DNA of 64,000 bases from Monocercomonoides exilis PA203 (lineage: Eukaryota; Protista; Preaxostyla), in the NCBI GenBank assembly GCA_001643675.2, contig LSRY02000035.1, positions 1-64,000 on the forward strand, given 5' to 3'. Shown here one piece after another: positions 1 to 14,140 of this stretch. The translations under genes and the position numbers were made by a program. Position 1 is the stretch's first letter, and each line of letters begins with the position of its first letter. The notes below the pieces were generated by a model that worked only from the letters and a program-made list of their open reading frames with translations, was not told where the DNA came from and did no database searches.

Positions 1-488
1 GAAGTGAGGAACAACAGCAGCAGCAGCAGTGGAGGAAGAGGAGGAGGAACAGGCAGAGGAGCCAGTATAAAGAGGAAGAATGCGAAGAAAGAGAAGAGAA
101 GAGAAGAGAAGAGGCAAAACAAGGAGAAGAAGAAGAAGATGATGATGGAGAAGAAGAAGCATAAACAAAGAAGAAGAAGAAGAAGAAGAAGAAAGCTGAT
201 ATGAATAAATTTTATTATTGTTATTTTTATTATTGGAAGAAGTCAGAAGAAGAATAATACGAATAACAATAATAAAATTTATTCATATCAGCTTTCTTCT
301 TCTTCTTCTTCTTCTTTGTTTATGCTTCTTCTTCTTCTCCATCATCATCTTCTTCTTCTTCCCTTGTTTTGCCTCTTCTCTTCTCTTCTCTTCTCTTTCT
401 TCGCATTCTTCCTCTTTATACTGGCTCCTCTGCCTGTTCCTCCTCCTCTTCCTCCACTGCTGCTGCTGCTGTTATTGTTCCTCACTTC
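1..488. repeat. Inverted duplication (arms 1-225 and 262-488; left arm cut by the window edge)
   Basis: 1-225 is the near-exact reverse complement of 262-488 (gaagtgaggaacaacagcagc.. vs ..gctgctgttattgttcctcacttc), with only small microsatellite indels; 36-bp spacer. Confidence 0.9.
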
Positions 489-1800
489 TTCGATCTCTGC
501 CGCCTTCTGCAGCAGCAAATACGAGTCGTCCATCGCATGCTTCATCTCAGTTTCCTCAAAAGCGTCAGCAGCAGATGCATCATGCGGACGAGGAGCGTCG
601 GCGAGAGAGAAGAAGAGCAGACAGGAGAGGCTAATAGGATGTTGGAGGAGGAGAAGGAGGAAAAAGCAGAAGAAGAAGAGGAAAAGATAGACAGAACAAA
701 AAGGAAGAAAGTGAGAAAGAGGAAGAGGAGGATGATGATGATGAGATAGAGGAAGAGGAGAGGAAGAGGAGCAAGAGCTGATAGTTTTAGACAACGAAGA
801 TGCCTTCCTGGAGTTAGAAGAAGATGAAAATGATGAGGAAAAAGAACAAGAACAAGAAAAGGAAAAAGAAGAAGAGGCAGCGGTTGAAGAAATCGAGCAA
901 ACACGAAAATGCGCTGTCAATCGGAGACACAGGGAAGAGCAAAAAGATAAACACTATCAAACCTCAACAAGAAAACAGAGATAAAAATACAGAAAAGAAC
1001 AACAAAAGAACAAAAAGTCGAAAATTCAGTGGAAAATGTTGAAAAGGGCACAAATAAGATAGCGAAAGCATCAACATCAACAAAATAAGAACAAAAACAA
1101 GCAGAAGCACATCCAGTTTCTTCAAGCAGTGATATTCCACAAAGCAATTCAACATTATCATCTTCATTTCCCTTCTTCCTCCACCTCCTCCTCCTTCCTC
1201 ATCTTCATCTTTTTCATTGTAAATGTTTTTGATCTCTCTGAAACAACCCAATTTCTCCTTCCTCCTAAAATTATCCATTTACATCGATGAATATCTCAGA
1301 AATACATTAATAAAACAAAATAGCAGCAAACCATCAAGACATACTTGAAATCAGCCTTCAAAGTCACCTCGCGATGCAGCCAAATGTCTCCTCCTCCGAA
1401 TCTCCACAAATCCACCATTTCCATTTGCTTCTTCAAAATCCAACAATTTTTGAGGTGAATTTGTCAATAATCAATTTCTGGAGTCTTCCCTCCAAAAACA
1501 CTTCAATTTTCCGAGTTTTCTGCAAAGAAAGTGAGGCGCATGCTTTCCTTTCAATTCTGTCCCTTTCGGCACAAAACAAAAACCATTTTTCAAAAATTCT
1601 GCCCACATCCAACACCTGCACAACGCCTTTATCCTGCACAGTCTGCAAAAGGAAATTGCTTCGATTCTGATCATTCCACTCAAAAAAGCAGATGATTCTT
1701 GAATTATCTTCATTCGTTTCCTTTTGATATCCAATGAAGAGGTTCAAATACTTTCCATTGCTCCATGCGCTTCTTCATTTCTAAGCCTCGGATCAATCAG
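345..1800 (-). CDS. Hypothetical multi-exon protein (low-complexity, acidic); exon boundaries uncertain
   Basis: Coding-like segments (IDPRLRNEEAHGAMEKYLNLFIGYQKE..; LFFSLADAPRPHDASAADAFEETEMKHAMDDSYLLLQKAAEIEE) separated by AT-rich intron-like tracts; no recognisable domain. Confidence 0.35.
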
Positions 1801-4800
1801 CTCCTGTTTGTTTATTTGCAAGTAACATAAAAAAGAAAAGCATAAAAGATTATTTTTGGTTGATGTGTTTTATTTGCAATAAAAAATCATATCAGAAACA
1901 AGAACGTGAGGCATCGGAAACTGCAATAAAATAAACTGGCCAAATAAAAACATCAAGCGGAGCCAGAAACTGCGAAAATTATGAGATACTTGTGTTTTTC
2001 GAACAAAAATAAAAAAAATAAAAATTAAAAATTAAAAATAAATATGATCCTGCAGAACATGAAAATAAATCAGTTCATTCGAATGCCTCAACGGCTTCAT
2101 CGAATGGAGTTTTTGTCTTCAAGAAATGCGTGCCATAAATATTTGAACTGTTTGTTTCCCATCATCCTGGCAGCTCTGCTCCAGCAAATCTTCTGCTTTG
2201 CAGCTCTTGTCCATCAATCCATCTGCATCCTTCGGCATGAAATCATAAAGCACACGCTGTGAACAGCTGCGCTTCAATCCAACGGATCCTGTGCGAGGGG
2301 CCATTGCCCTTCCGTTTTTGGCGCCAATTCAGGTGTCACATCCCTCCCTTTTGCATGTTCAACCCAATTCACAGCTGCTGCTCCTTTGCCCCTCGCCCCT
2401 CTGCCCCTCTGCCCGCTTCCATTCTGCTTCCCTCACGCTTGAGCATTTTTAAATGTTATGTCGGTTGTTTGCTGCCAACATCAACTTTTTTTCCTTTCTT
2501 TCTATTTTTGCAAATAATTAATCAGATCAAATCTGGCTAAAAATTTTGATATGGGCGCTTATTTTGATCCTGAAATAAACTGCTCAGATAACATGCATGT
2601 TTGCCTCCCAATTGCTGATTTCTCGTGTGGGCAGATGAGCACCGAAAATGGAAGCGAAAAATCAAATGATCGAAAACAATTGCAAAACACTTTGGAACAA
2701 TGGAAGACTCTAATCAACAATTTGACAGACATAGCAAGGCGCCCCATTTGAATTTCTCTGAACTTGGAAGCAGACATTGTTTTGATTGGCCAATGAACGT
2801 TCGTCTCTTGGCTTTTGGAGATGATTGCAGCACTTGTGCAAGCTTGCATGAGCAACGAGAATACAAGTCAGCGGTTGGTGTGAATGCTTTTGATAACTGT
2901 TTGCTCCATTTCAATGAAAATTCCTTGAATGAACAAACAAATTTTGTTTTTGGACTGTCTTTCCTTCAATTAAAAATAGAAAACCAGAAAAATTAAAGAA
3001 AGATGCTTTGCCTTTGTTGCAGGGAACAACAATTCAGCCCCGAATTCTGTTTTTGCAAAAAGGCAATGGCGAAAACAATACCTGACTCGAGAAATCCCCC
3101 AAAATCCTCTGAATTCATCTCTTCAGCACGCATAATCCATTCGCAACAACATCTGCATGCCAGTTCAGACTTGTTTTTGTGTTCTCCACCCTTCCTTCTC
3201 TCGCTCATCATCCTCTTTTGCCGTCAAGTTCCGCGCCCACAGATGCCTCTCTTCTGCTTCAACCTCTATCAATGCCATCGAAATTTCTCATGCTTCCCTC
3301 TTCATGCTCCGAATTGCTGCGCTCTAGAGGACACTCTTTCCGAGCTCTGGTGCTGACGAAGAAGGCGATAAAGCGATGGACAAATCAGGCTAAGAAATCA
3401 ATGGCTTTCAAATGATCATATTTTCTTTGATTTCTGTCATTGCGTTTTTTTGTCACATTGTTGCTTGTTTCGGGCTGTGAAAGAGGCATCAAGCGTATTA
3501 ACGATTCCATCGCATGCGCCTCCCTCGGCATCTCATCTAATCGCTGCTTCTTCCAGTGACACTGGAAGTACACTCGGCGATGGGCTTCTTGTTGCTCCTC
3601 GATCGCTCTCCAGGTGCAGCGCATCAATCGGCCAGCACGACACGCCGAATAGTGTTACTGAAGACGAAGAAAGCGAGTTCGTCTCAATCATGCTCATCGT
3701 CCTTCCTCTCTCCACAACTTTCATCTTCTTCTCTCCCAGCACTAGCTGTTTTCTTCTTCGCCTCCGCGCCTCCTGCCGAGTATTGTAGTTATCGACGCCA
3801 CCTGTTTCATGCTCGCCACTACCACTGCCACGCCCAGGCATGACCCTGACTCGCTCTTCAAACGAATCTCCTTCGTGGCATTCCCGTAATCCTCTGCTCA
3901 TGCCGATCTCTCTTCTCCTTTATGCGCTATCTGCCCCTTCTTTTTGTATTTCCTGAAGAACTCTATTCCAATGAAAGCTTCGCTCCCATTTCATCGGAAT
4001 CTGAGATGTGCTCCTTCTGGAACAAATCACTTTATTCAAAATGTTTGTACCTTTCATTCAGGTGCACACAACGATCGAAGGGATGGTTGGCCAACCATCG
4101 TCACTCGCAAAAGAAAATAGAATGTACACCAAGTCTGTCGCAGAGAGATGTTTGCTTATCTGGCTCCATATTCAATCCTCCTTGCCTTGCAGATGCTGAG
4201 CAATGAAAAAGGAGAAAGTGAATAGCCACAGCTGTGAATGCTGCTGGAACACTTTGGCAAATCATCTTTCTGGCGCCAGAATTTGTCATTGGACACAAAA
4301 TGGGATTGCAGTTGAGCTGTCACTGATTATTGCCTTCTTTCTTTTCTGCTCCCACATGTCCTGATCGTGACGCTTCAAAATCATTCAGAGATGAAGATCC
4401 TCCAGCATTTCTTGCCTCATAATCATTGGGTTCGCATCACCTTATCTTCGCGCACAATGGAGTTATCTTGTCGGAATATCCCCTCCTTTATGTGTTCATT
4501 TCCCATTACAATTCGCCAACTGAAGACGATAAATCAACTGATAGATGTCACAACAAACAGAAAATGACTTCTTTGCCAGTGCACCAACGATTGAAATTGC
4601 AATTTGAAATCAATAGAGAGAATGATGACAAACCAGAAATGATTATTGCTCTTCCATTCAAGGCTCATTCTGTTAAAACATCATTTTCTTTTCATCTTTG
4701 GATTATATTTTTCTTTTGCTATTTATTTTTAAATACAAATTTCCACATCCTTTGTATTTCTTCAATACATTATAAAAGTGCATTTGTATCCATTATCTCC

Positions 4801-5250
4801 GTTGATGCTGCTCGTTTTTAATATTCACATAAACGTTATTCGCTAAATATTCACATGTCTGCATAAAGGAAGGATATCTCCTTTTTTTGTGTTAAAAGAG
4901 CAATGAATAACAGTTTTTTCTGTCTGATTGACAATAATTAAATGGACTTGATTTGTGGAACAGTCTTCTCAAGCTGATGATGGAGCTCAAAGAGTGCCGA
5001 AACATGTTCCATACTCGATCTTGCTCCAATTTCTGTGTTTCAACGAGCTTTCAAAAATGATACTTCTTCTCTCATTGAAATCAATGCGGGTGTTATGAAC
5101 ATTGCATTGTGCATATTCTCTGACTGCTGCTTTTTCTGCAAGAATTACGGATTTTGCAATGGGACTGGATTAATTCTTAACGCCCAAAATAAAAGAATCC
5201 ATTCAAACAGTAATATGGGAGTGAATAAATATTTGAGTTAGTCATTGAAA

Positions 5251-7592
5251 ATGTCTCTTATAGATCATATGGCAGATGAGAAAGCGAATGGAGGGAAGGT
5301 GAAGTTCTCGCAAGAAGACTTCTTGTATATTTTGAAAGAGTTTTACAAGAGATGTTGCAATTGCGGATCAGGCAAAAACATGGCGATCGTTCTTGGAAGG
5401 AGCCAGGTTGGAAAAAGTACCATGATAAACAAATTACGCGGAGTGGAAATGGAAGAGGATGACAATGGAGATTTGGTAGTGAAAACAAAAGTGGAGGATA
5501 TGGCTAAAATGGGAAAAGGAATTGAGCCAGAGACCATCATTCCAGAATCATATGGATTAAATGAAAAGGTTATCTTGTTAGATACTCGAGGCTTTCTTGG
5601 ATCAGAGGTGGATGTCAAAGAAGAAGTTGTCAGTATGCTTTTATTACAGTTTTTCCAGAGAAATGCATCAAAAGTGATGATTGCGTATATTTCTCAATAT
5701 GAAAACTACTACAATTTGACAAATGCATATGATGATATGATGTTCATTAACCAGATATGCAAAAACAAGGAGTTTCCAGTTGTGTTCGTTGCCAACAAAT
5801 GCAAGGAACTTTGGCTGCATAAAATGAAAATTCAGCAAAAGGAAACATCAGAAATTATAGAGAAGGTTCAAGGAAGTTTGATTGGAAAATTTACAGAACT
5901 GGAAAAACAACAGTGGATAAAATCGAAAAGAAGTTTCCGGAAATTAAAGCAGCACAATCTCTCGAACAAATAATTGGAATTCTTCTGCAAAAAGCGAAAG
6001 GAGCAACAGGTGTGCAAGGAGAGGAAATCAGGAGAAGCTTGAATCAACTTCAGACACTTCTTGTGTGGAAGAAGGCTCACGCTAATGGCAGACTAATATA
6101 CTATGATCCGACACTCGACGGATCTGAGGAACCAATTAAAGACGAGATTAAAAATTTAAATAACTATAAGAGTCCCAATGATGTCAATCTTGACCGATGC
6201 ACACCATCTTATTACTGGTTTATGGACTCTGCATCATCGATGGCGAGCAAGCTATATTGGCTTGTATTAGCCAAGAGGGGGAGAGTTCAAGTGCCGAATA
6301 TGCTTCAAGAGATAATAGAGGCGTGCAAGGATTTTGCAAAAGATTCGGAAAAGTTGTATTCAGAAGTGAGCGACGATGTTGAGGAATTGGAGGATAAGCT
6401 GAGAAACATCACTTTTGAATCAGAAGAATCAATCGAAACAAAAATCAAAAATCAAGAAAACACTATCAGGCAATGCAATGATGATGTTGTCGAATATCAA
6501 AAAAGGATCAATGAACTAGATCAACCTGAAACCGTGAAATTTGACACAATTGAATTCTGTGAATTTGACAATTATGCATCAAATGAAGTTGTCATAGAGA
6601 GACCAATCAATGTTCCAAATGCCACTTGCTTTTTCACTGCTGGAAATAAATACACATACAACGACAAGGAAGAACAAGAAGTTTGCATCAAAGATGGGGT
6701 CTTGAGAGGAGTTTTCAAAGCACCAAAAGCATTAAGGCATGCTCTTAATGTTGTTGGAGCTGTGGTGGGATTAGGAATTCCAACAGCATTTTTAAACGAT
6801 TCAAGTGTCTGTGAAGGGAAAATTGATCTGTTTGCCCCAAAGCGTGATATTCCTTCAAATAGACAGAAGATACAAGAATATCAGATCAAAGTGAAAGAGT
6901 GCGAAAACAGAAAAGAGGAATGTGGAATAAGTATTGATACATTGAAAAGAGAATTAGATATGGTCCAAAAACGTAACGACAGGAAAAAGGATGAGATAAA
7001 CACAAATGAAAAAAAGAAGAGGGATATGGAGGAGCGGATAGAATATTTGAAAAATGAGGAGGAGAAATGGATCAACAGGAGTTCAAGGTTGCAAAAATGT
7101 TTAGAGTTTTGCAGGGAATGCGATGAACAATGGGAAAATAATAATAAAATCATCGAACAAATGTATCTCTTCTCTTGTTTTCATATTCCAAAAGAATATG
7201 TCGAAGAAGTTAGAAAAGGAAATTTTGAACAATTTTCTCCATCTTCTTCAATGTTTCAATCGTCTTCAGCGACTCCATCTGCACTCAGCGCATCAGCGAG
7301 TAGACAAGCAGGGATGGAGTCTTCATTGTCGAGGAGCGAAGCCAAATGGCAAGAAAAACAACAGAATTTCTTGCATTTGAGTCAAAATGATGAGAATAAG
7401 AGGATGCTTGCGAGGTTCGTTGTTGCGATGGAGGACATTGATTCAGAGACCAAAAAACGCAAATCTTTTCTTTTAGAAAGAGATGGAAAATATGATCCAA
7501 AGCTTGTTTCAGATGCAATTGATGAGATATTCCTCATATGGAATCAAATGTTTGAATGCAAAGGGTATTTGGAAAAATATTTAGAAAATTAA
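5251..7592 (+). CDS. TRAFAC-class P-loop GTPase (AIG1/septin/dynamin-like N-terminus) with long coiled coil; one frameshift near 5905
   Basis: G1 VLGRSQVGKSTMIN, G2 ET, G3 LLDTRGF, G4-like ANK in ORF 5245-5973. Overlapping ORF 5913-7592 supplies coiled coils and a hydrophobic segment (ALNVVGAVVGLGIPTAFL). One extra A in the GAAAAAC run near 5905 fuses them into ~780 aa. Intronless. Confidence 0.8.
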
Positions 7593-7734
7593 AAATTGAG
7601 GATTTCGATTGATTTGTCCTTATCATTATATATATATAATATTGTTAATAATTTCTTTAGAAATCACACAATAAAAATAAGATTCATTTCTTGTTTTGTT
7701 TAACAATTATCACTCCTGTTTTCTCTCTCTCTCT

Positions 7735-7910
<176 letters not shown>

Positions 7911-8490
7911 ATCTCTCTTTCTCTTTCTCTTTGTCAGTCAGTCAGTCAGTCTGTCTGTTTGTATAATTTCATTTTAATCATTCCTTTTATCACATATACG
8001 AACGTTGTAGTTTTCTTTAATGTAGAACTTTTTTTTGAAATCATTATTTTCCAAAAAATAAATTAAATTTTTTTATTGAAACAAAAATCATCATGTTCCG
8101 AAACAAAACAAGGAAAGTAATAATTTTTTGTGCATTATTATTTTTTGCATTATTAATTTATTGTGTGAAATGTTACAAAACATTGAACACTTTTGTTTTA
8201 ATGAATAATGCTCAAAACATTTCGAAACAATAATTAATAAAGCACTCTTTTTTTTGGGATCTGAAATTTCTAATTACAGAGTGCACTTTTAAATAGCCTG
8301 GGGTGGCGTGCTGACTTCTGATGTGAACTTTTTGACTTTTAACGGACGTGATAGATTTTTCCGTGTCACAAAAAATTAACATTAATGTAAATTGAACGGT
8401 TTAATGATGAAGAATAATTTTTTTTAAAAATTACAACTATAAGGTTGATTTTTTTATTTTATTTTTTTTTTTATTATTTCTTTTTTTTAT

Positions 8491-8730
8491 GGGTAATTCT
8501 TTTTGAAAAGTCGCAAATGTTAAATTTTCAAATAAATAAAAATTTTCTAATTTTTCTCAAAATATTGTTGACATACACCAAACTTCATAAATATGTAATC
8601 TATTTCTTGATAATGCTATTTCATACTTTCTTAAGAAGATTCGTGAGCAGGAACAGAAATTTGATCAAAATATGAAATTTTTGTTTAATATAAAAATTAA
8701 ACATTTGCGACTTTTCGAAATAAATTACTC
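8491..8730. mobile_element. MITE, ~240 bp, ~38-bp imperfect TIRs with GGG..CTC termini
   Basis: Left GGGTAATTCTTTTTGAAAAGTCGCAAATGTTAAATTTT; right end reverse-complements to GAGTAATTTATTTCGAAAAGTCGCAAATGTTTAATTTT; flanks TTAT / ATAT. Confidence 0.8.
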
Positions 8731-9587
8731 ATATCTTTAGGTATAAACTGTAAAACAACGTTCTTGAAAAAGAATAAAATAAGATCTGTTGAAAACTTTA
8801 AAAATAAAATGAACGCACACAATTTTCGAAAACTCACATTGAAAAAATATAAAAGCATAACAAGATTTTTATCAAATATGGGTCATTCTTTTATGAAAAG
8901 TCGCAAACATTTAACTGATCTGAAATTAAGATCAAAAATGATCATTAAATGTCGATCATTCTTTACCATCATATATTGCTGAGTATTAATCTTTTCAGTT
9001 TTGTCACCATATCCCCGAATATTACGTTTCAAAAAAACTGATTTCACATATTATTTTCACTGTCAAATCATATCAATATTATTAAATTTTGTTTTTCTTG
9101 TATTTTGTAGCAACTTAATAATTTGTTCATATTTCTTTGTTTTCATTTCAACTGTTCATATAAACATTTGAATTTTTTGAATTTTGACTCCACAATTATT
9201 CTTTTCCTATTTTATAAAACAAATAGATTTTAATTTGCTTTAATTTGAGTATTTTGAAAAAAAATTTTTAAACAGGAAAATTTCATCGATGCCGTCCTCA
9301 TTGAAATTAAAAGAAATTCAAAAAGTTGTTAATATTGATCAATTGAAAATGTTATAAAAAATAAATGTAGAATAACATGAAATTTCTCAAAATTAAATGT
9401 ACTTATATATGAAATTCTTAATTGAAATGGTATCCCATGTTTTGAATCAAATCATGAATCATATCTTAAATAGTTTTCAACTTTTCATTTTCTTTTTTGC
9501 TTATCTTTTTGTTCTCATTTCAATTCCCTTCCAAAAGAAATTCTGTTCCTTCTTTTCCATCAAATCAAAATAGATGAGATTTCGGCG

Positions 9588-12180
9588 ATGATTGAAATTT
9601 ATAATTTGAACATGGACTTTGCGCTTGTGACACAAAAGGCGCTGCAATTTTGTGTGATGAGTTGTATCAAAAAGCCTTTTGTGGGAAGTGCAACGATGCA
9701 GTTGCCTCTTTTCTCATCGCCATTAAAATTCTTTATCTTATTAAACTGGAGCAGCTCTCCAGTCAGTTTCTCCATTCTGGAGAAGGAGAAACAAGGAGAA
9801 GAAAGCTGCAGGAGATGATAAATCATCTTCATCTTTGCCTTCGTCATCAGCGCCTGCGGTTGTTCCTTCGGATGCATCGTCAGTGGAGGCGTCATACATG
9901 TCGGCAGCAGCGACGAACGAAATTGAGAGGTGGCTACGGATAGTTGTGAAGAAAGCAGCTGAGCTGCGAAAGCTGCATGGTTATGAAGCTGTCGCTGCTC
10001 CTGTTGCTGTGGATGTTGCACATGCCGCGAGGTTTCAATGTTGGCTTGCTGCGCTCTGCTGAACAGAACGTGCTGTGTCCGCTCAATGCGTGATGCTTTC
10101 CATTCCACTTCTTGCTCTTCTCCCGTTTCTTGAGGACTTGCCGAGAAAGAATTCGTCGAAGAAGCAGTTATTAACAGCGGTTGATGTGGTTGCGTTCCTG
10201 CCAATCTGCAATCCGCCTGATCCATCGCTGGCTTCATTGGCCATTGAATGGCTGTAGAACCGATAGAAGCAATCGAAGAATGGGAGCGACGAAGCTGGAG
10301 AGCAAAATGAGGAGGGGAATGGTTGAAGTGCGCCAAGTGTGAGAGATTGTGTAGAAGACGTGGAGGGTGTGGTGAAGAGGATGAAGGATGAAGGATGGAA
10401 GATGTGGTTCTGTCGCCTGCAGTGATAGTGCTGCATTTGCTGGATGAAAGAAAAGAAGAAGAAGAAGAAGTTTAAAAAGGAAAAAAGGCAAATCAGATGA
10501 GCTGGCTGACAGAGCAGATGAAGGAGAAGGCCAATATCATCTGGATGAATCGGAAAGATTCTGGAGCTGAGCGAGAAGCACAACTCAGAGGTGAAGGAGG
10601 TGAAGGAGCATCTGGTGACGATGAAGGAGAAGGTGGAACTGATTTATATGAGGATTGAGAAGTGAAGAATCGATGCGCACAGCAGGTCGTTGTGGTGAGT
10701 TGGAACAGCAAGGGGTCGATGCAGGAAATTGAAGTTTCCCTTTCTACGTTTTCTTTATTAATGTATGCATGTGGACAAATAATTCTGTCTAAGGCTTCGT
10801 TGATCCTTCCGTCGGGGCTGTGTGAAAAGTGCCAGGAGAAGTTTGCAGCGAGCATCGGGGATGGCAGCATTGTGGTAGTTGGGCCAGACCCGAGCAGGAA
10901 GGGGGTTGTTGCAAAAGCGAGGAGCGGAGTGAGTATTGTGAGTAAAGCAAACAACGATAGTGTATGAGGTGGTAGAAGTAAGGGAACGAGATCTGGGATC
11001 AGTAAGAGATCAGAGAAGAAAGGCGTTGGGACAAATGGTGGTGGTGGTGTTTGTATTGGCTATGAAGGAGGAGTGGATGCAACAGTGCGGTCGAAGATGA
11101 ACAAGATGGAAAAGGAAACGAAGATGCTGATTGCGCTGTTGAATGTGCACATAAAGACTATATGCGAGAAGAAGGGACTGTTCAATGAGGTGATTGCAAA
11201 GCAGCAGATGTCTGTTGCTCAAAAGAAGCAGGAGTAGATGAATATTTAAGCTTCGAATGAAGATATTGCTTTATGAATGCCTGGTTCAGTGAAGAAGCTG
11301 GAAGAGAATGTGGTGCAAGTGGACTTTGGAGAGAGCAGAGAAGAAAGGACAGAGCAGAAAGGGGGGAGAGGGAGGGATGGGGCGGGGAGGAGGAGGAGGA
11401 GGAGCAGAAGCGGAGGGGGAGAATACGAGGAGGCAGAGGAGGTGGAAAAGGCAGAAGAAAAAGATGCAAGCGCGCTGTATGGGATTCAGCTGTCGCTGCA
11501 CAACAATCCGAAGAGAGAGCTGGAGGACTGGATCCCAGCTGGGGCAGAGGCAGGGGCAGGGGCAGGGAAGGCGACTGTTGTGCAGTGGCTGTACATGCTT
11601 CTTGAGCAGACGACAGACAGCCGAGACCGGGAAGAGTTGGAGTGTCCAGTGACTTCGCGTGGTGGAACGGGGGTTGGGCTGTCTGGGGCAAATGGGGTGC
11701 CTTTGTAGGCGGTGTCGATGACGAGGGAGTTATAGATGAGTGCAGTGTCTGGGTCGCTGGAACAAGAAACGTTTTAATCAGCACATGTGCTTCGGGTTCC
11801 ACACTCGCAGCGGTTGCATGTGCTGATGCACAGCAGTCGCCGATACCGCTGGAGACAGGGCTGCAGTCGTAGCTAATTCGGAAGCTGTCGAGGATCCGTG
11901 GGTGATGCGGAAACATTATTTCAGCAGATCTTTGAATGGGGGTGGGCGTGCAGAGGCAGGAGTTTGGGGACTTTGCGTACATGTGGCTGGGGGAGAAGCA
12001 AGCGGTGCAGAAGAATAACTAGGCGATGATGTGGGTGGGGATGTATGGGGAAGAACTGTTCCAGAAGGACTTTGCAGAGATGGAACTGTTTGAGAAATTT
12101 GTGCGGAAAGAGTAAACTTGAGGTGAATTGGAGTTTTCCTGGTAATTGAATGGTGTTAGAAGGGGTGTAAGAGAAAAGAT
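9588..12180 (+). pseudogene. Decayed hypothetical protein gene (cargo of the 8880-14636 element)
   Basis: Higher-GC coding-like sequence broken by stops and frameshifts (NEIERWLRIVVKKAAELRKLHG..CWLAALC*TERAVSAQ); no domain recognised. Confidence 0.4.
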
Positions 12181-12929
12181 GAAAGTGTTTTTTTGTTGTT
12201 TGAGGGAATAAAGTCGGTAGAGAAATTTTCCGAATTATCTGTGTTTCCATCGTTTTTACTGAATAACTTCAGGGAAGAAGCAGCTTCCGGATGTTTGCGA
12301 CGAAGCTGACAATTTACAGCCTTTTGAGCAGTCTTTGAATTATGTGATTGTGAAGGCAGCAAGATGGAGTCGGTCAATTTGGAGTAGGAGTTAAACACAG
12401 TATCGAAGGTGACGTGGGAATGGTTTGTGCTGAAGCTACATGTGTAGATTGTTCTGTTGGTGAAAGAGAAGAAAGAAGGGCGGTAGACGTTGTTCCACGT
12501 GCGGCTGCCAGGAGTGCTGTTGGAACTGAAGCTGTGAATGAACAACTCAAAAATAGTTTCCTTCTTTGGTCTTTCTCTAGAGGATGGGCGATGAGTGGTG
12601 CAGTTTCTGCAGACGATGGAGTAGCTGAGGAAGTTAATAGCGAAGCCTTACCAAATTCTTCATTGGTATTGACATTATCCATATCGTATTCTTCTTTTTC
12701 CTCTAAACCTTCTTTCTCCTTTTTCTCTTTTATTCTTTATTAATCGATTTTTGTATTCTCAATTTTTCTTCAAAATTTGATTTTGCTTTATCTACTAACC
12801 TCATTTTCCAACCATTTCCTGTTTCTTTTTACAACAAATTTCTTTCAAAAAATTCTTTGAAATTAACAAATATGTAGTCAACATTGAAAATGTTTTGTTT
12901 TCTTTTTGCTTATTTCTGAGCAAATAATA

Positions 12930-13079
12930 GTGAAGAAGGTGAAGAAGGTGAAGAAGGTGAAGAAGGTGAAGAAGGTGAAGAAGGTGAAGAAGGTGAAGAA
13001 GGTGAAGAAGGTGAAGAAGGTGAAGAAGGTGAAGAAGGTGAAGAAGGTGAAGAAGGTGAAGAAGAAGAAGAAGAAGAAG
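12930..13079. repeat. (GAAGAAGGT)n minisatellite grading into (GAA)n
   Basis: About 14 perfect 9-mers followed by GAA repeats. Confidence 0.97.
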
Positions 13080-13280
13080 GGAAATGTTGTTTTGAACAAA
13101 TAGATATGAAAAGGTCTAAAATTGGAATGCATAATGAATCAGAAGGAGAAGAAAGAGGAGAAGGAGAAGAGTAAGAAGAAGAGGAGGAAGAGGAAGAAAT
13201 GGAAGAGGAGGAAGAGGAAGAAGAAGAGGAAGAGGAAGAGGAAGAATAGGAGGAAAAGACAATATTAGAAAAGAAGCTCC

Positions 13281-14140
13281 TTACGAATTCCTCGAACAGT
13301 TGTTGAATGATGAATTAACAAAAGAGGTTGCTCCTGAAGTTTTTTCGTTCATGGAAATGATACAGCAATCAGACAGCTTCACTTCATCAGCCACAACACA
13401 ATTAAATGCAACTTCTTTGCAATGACCAATCTCAAATACATTTGACGTTGATTCAATCTGTTCCAGTTTGAAATTTGTGATGTTAATCTCATCTCCATTT
13501 AGCAGAAATGAAGGTTTCTTGAATGAAATCATTGATATTGAGCAGTTGTTAACATGCATAATTCCATTTTCGATGCTCAATAATGTTGAATTGAGAGTAA
13601 CAGATGGAATGCTGTTTGACTCCACAACTAAAGAGAAATCAACAATTGAAAGAGAAAGCTGTCCATTTGCTTCATGAATGATAGAACTTCCAGAATAAGA
13701 AAACAATTTGCCAAAGGAAAACTTAACACTTTCGATACGAACTTTCTCTGAGGTTGTGATAAGACTTCCCTCGTTGGTTATTGTGGAGTTCAGATGAACC
13801 AAAGCAACTGAGGGAGATTCTAGTGAGCGGATGATCACATCATGTACATCACATTCCCTATTGATGATCGTCTCCTCTGATATCAGCAGTTGCGAATAAC
13901 GTGATGGAATGATGTGCTAAACTCCCACATTCAATGAGTGGCATGGCGCATTGAATTCTCCACATTGCTTGCTGTCTGTGTGATTTTCAGAAACAGAAGA
14001 CACAAATATCGTCTCGTTCTGGTATCTCATAACCCTCAGCAGAAGTTCTTCTTCCCCAACAAACAATTCTGTTGTGACTCCCCAGATTACCATTTCTTTC
14101 TTGTCATGTTCTCTGTTAGTACTGCGAATTTGCCAAGCTA
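13281..14140 (-). pseudogene. Fragment of a Cys-motif/beta-helix surface-protein family gene
   Basis: TIFVSS..DSKQCGEFNAPCHSL resembles the motif in 46251-48248 (KIVASN..DACGRPQQTPCATI), followed by beta-strand-rich repeats; in-frame TAG at 13917-13919. Confidence 0.55.

Noticed and set aside
8298-8330. Possible inverted partner of 14690-14720
   Set aside because: Gapped, weak match; 14664-14720 is better explained as the hAT A left end with a perfect TSD.
12930-13079. CRISPR-like array
   Set aside because: Simple tandem repeat without spacers; eukaryotic context and no cas genes.
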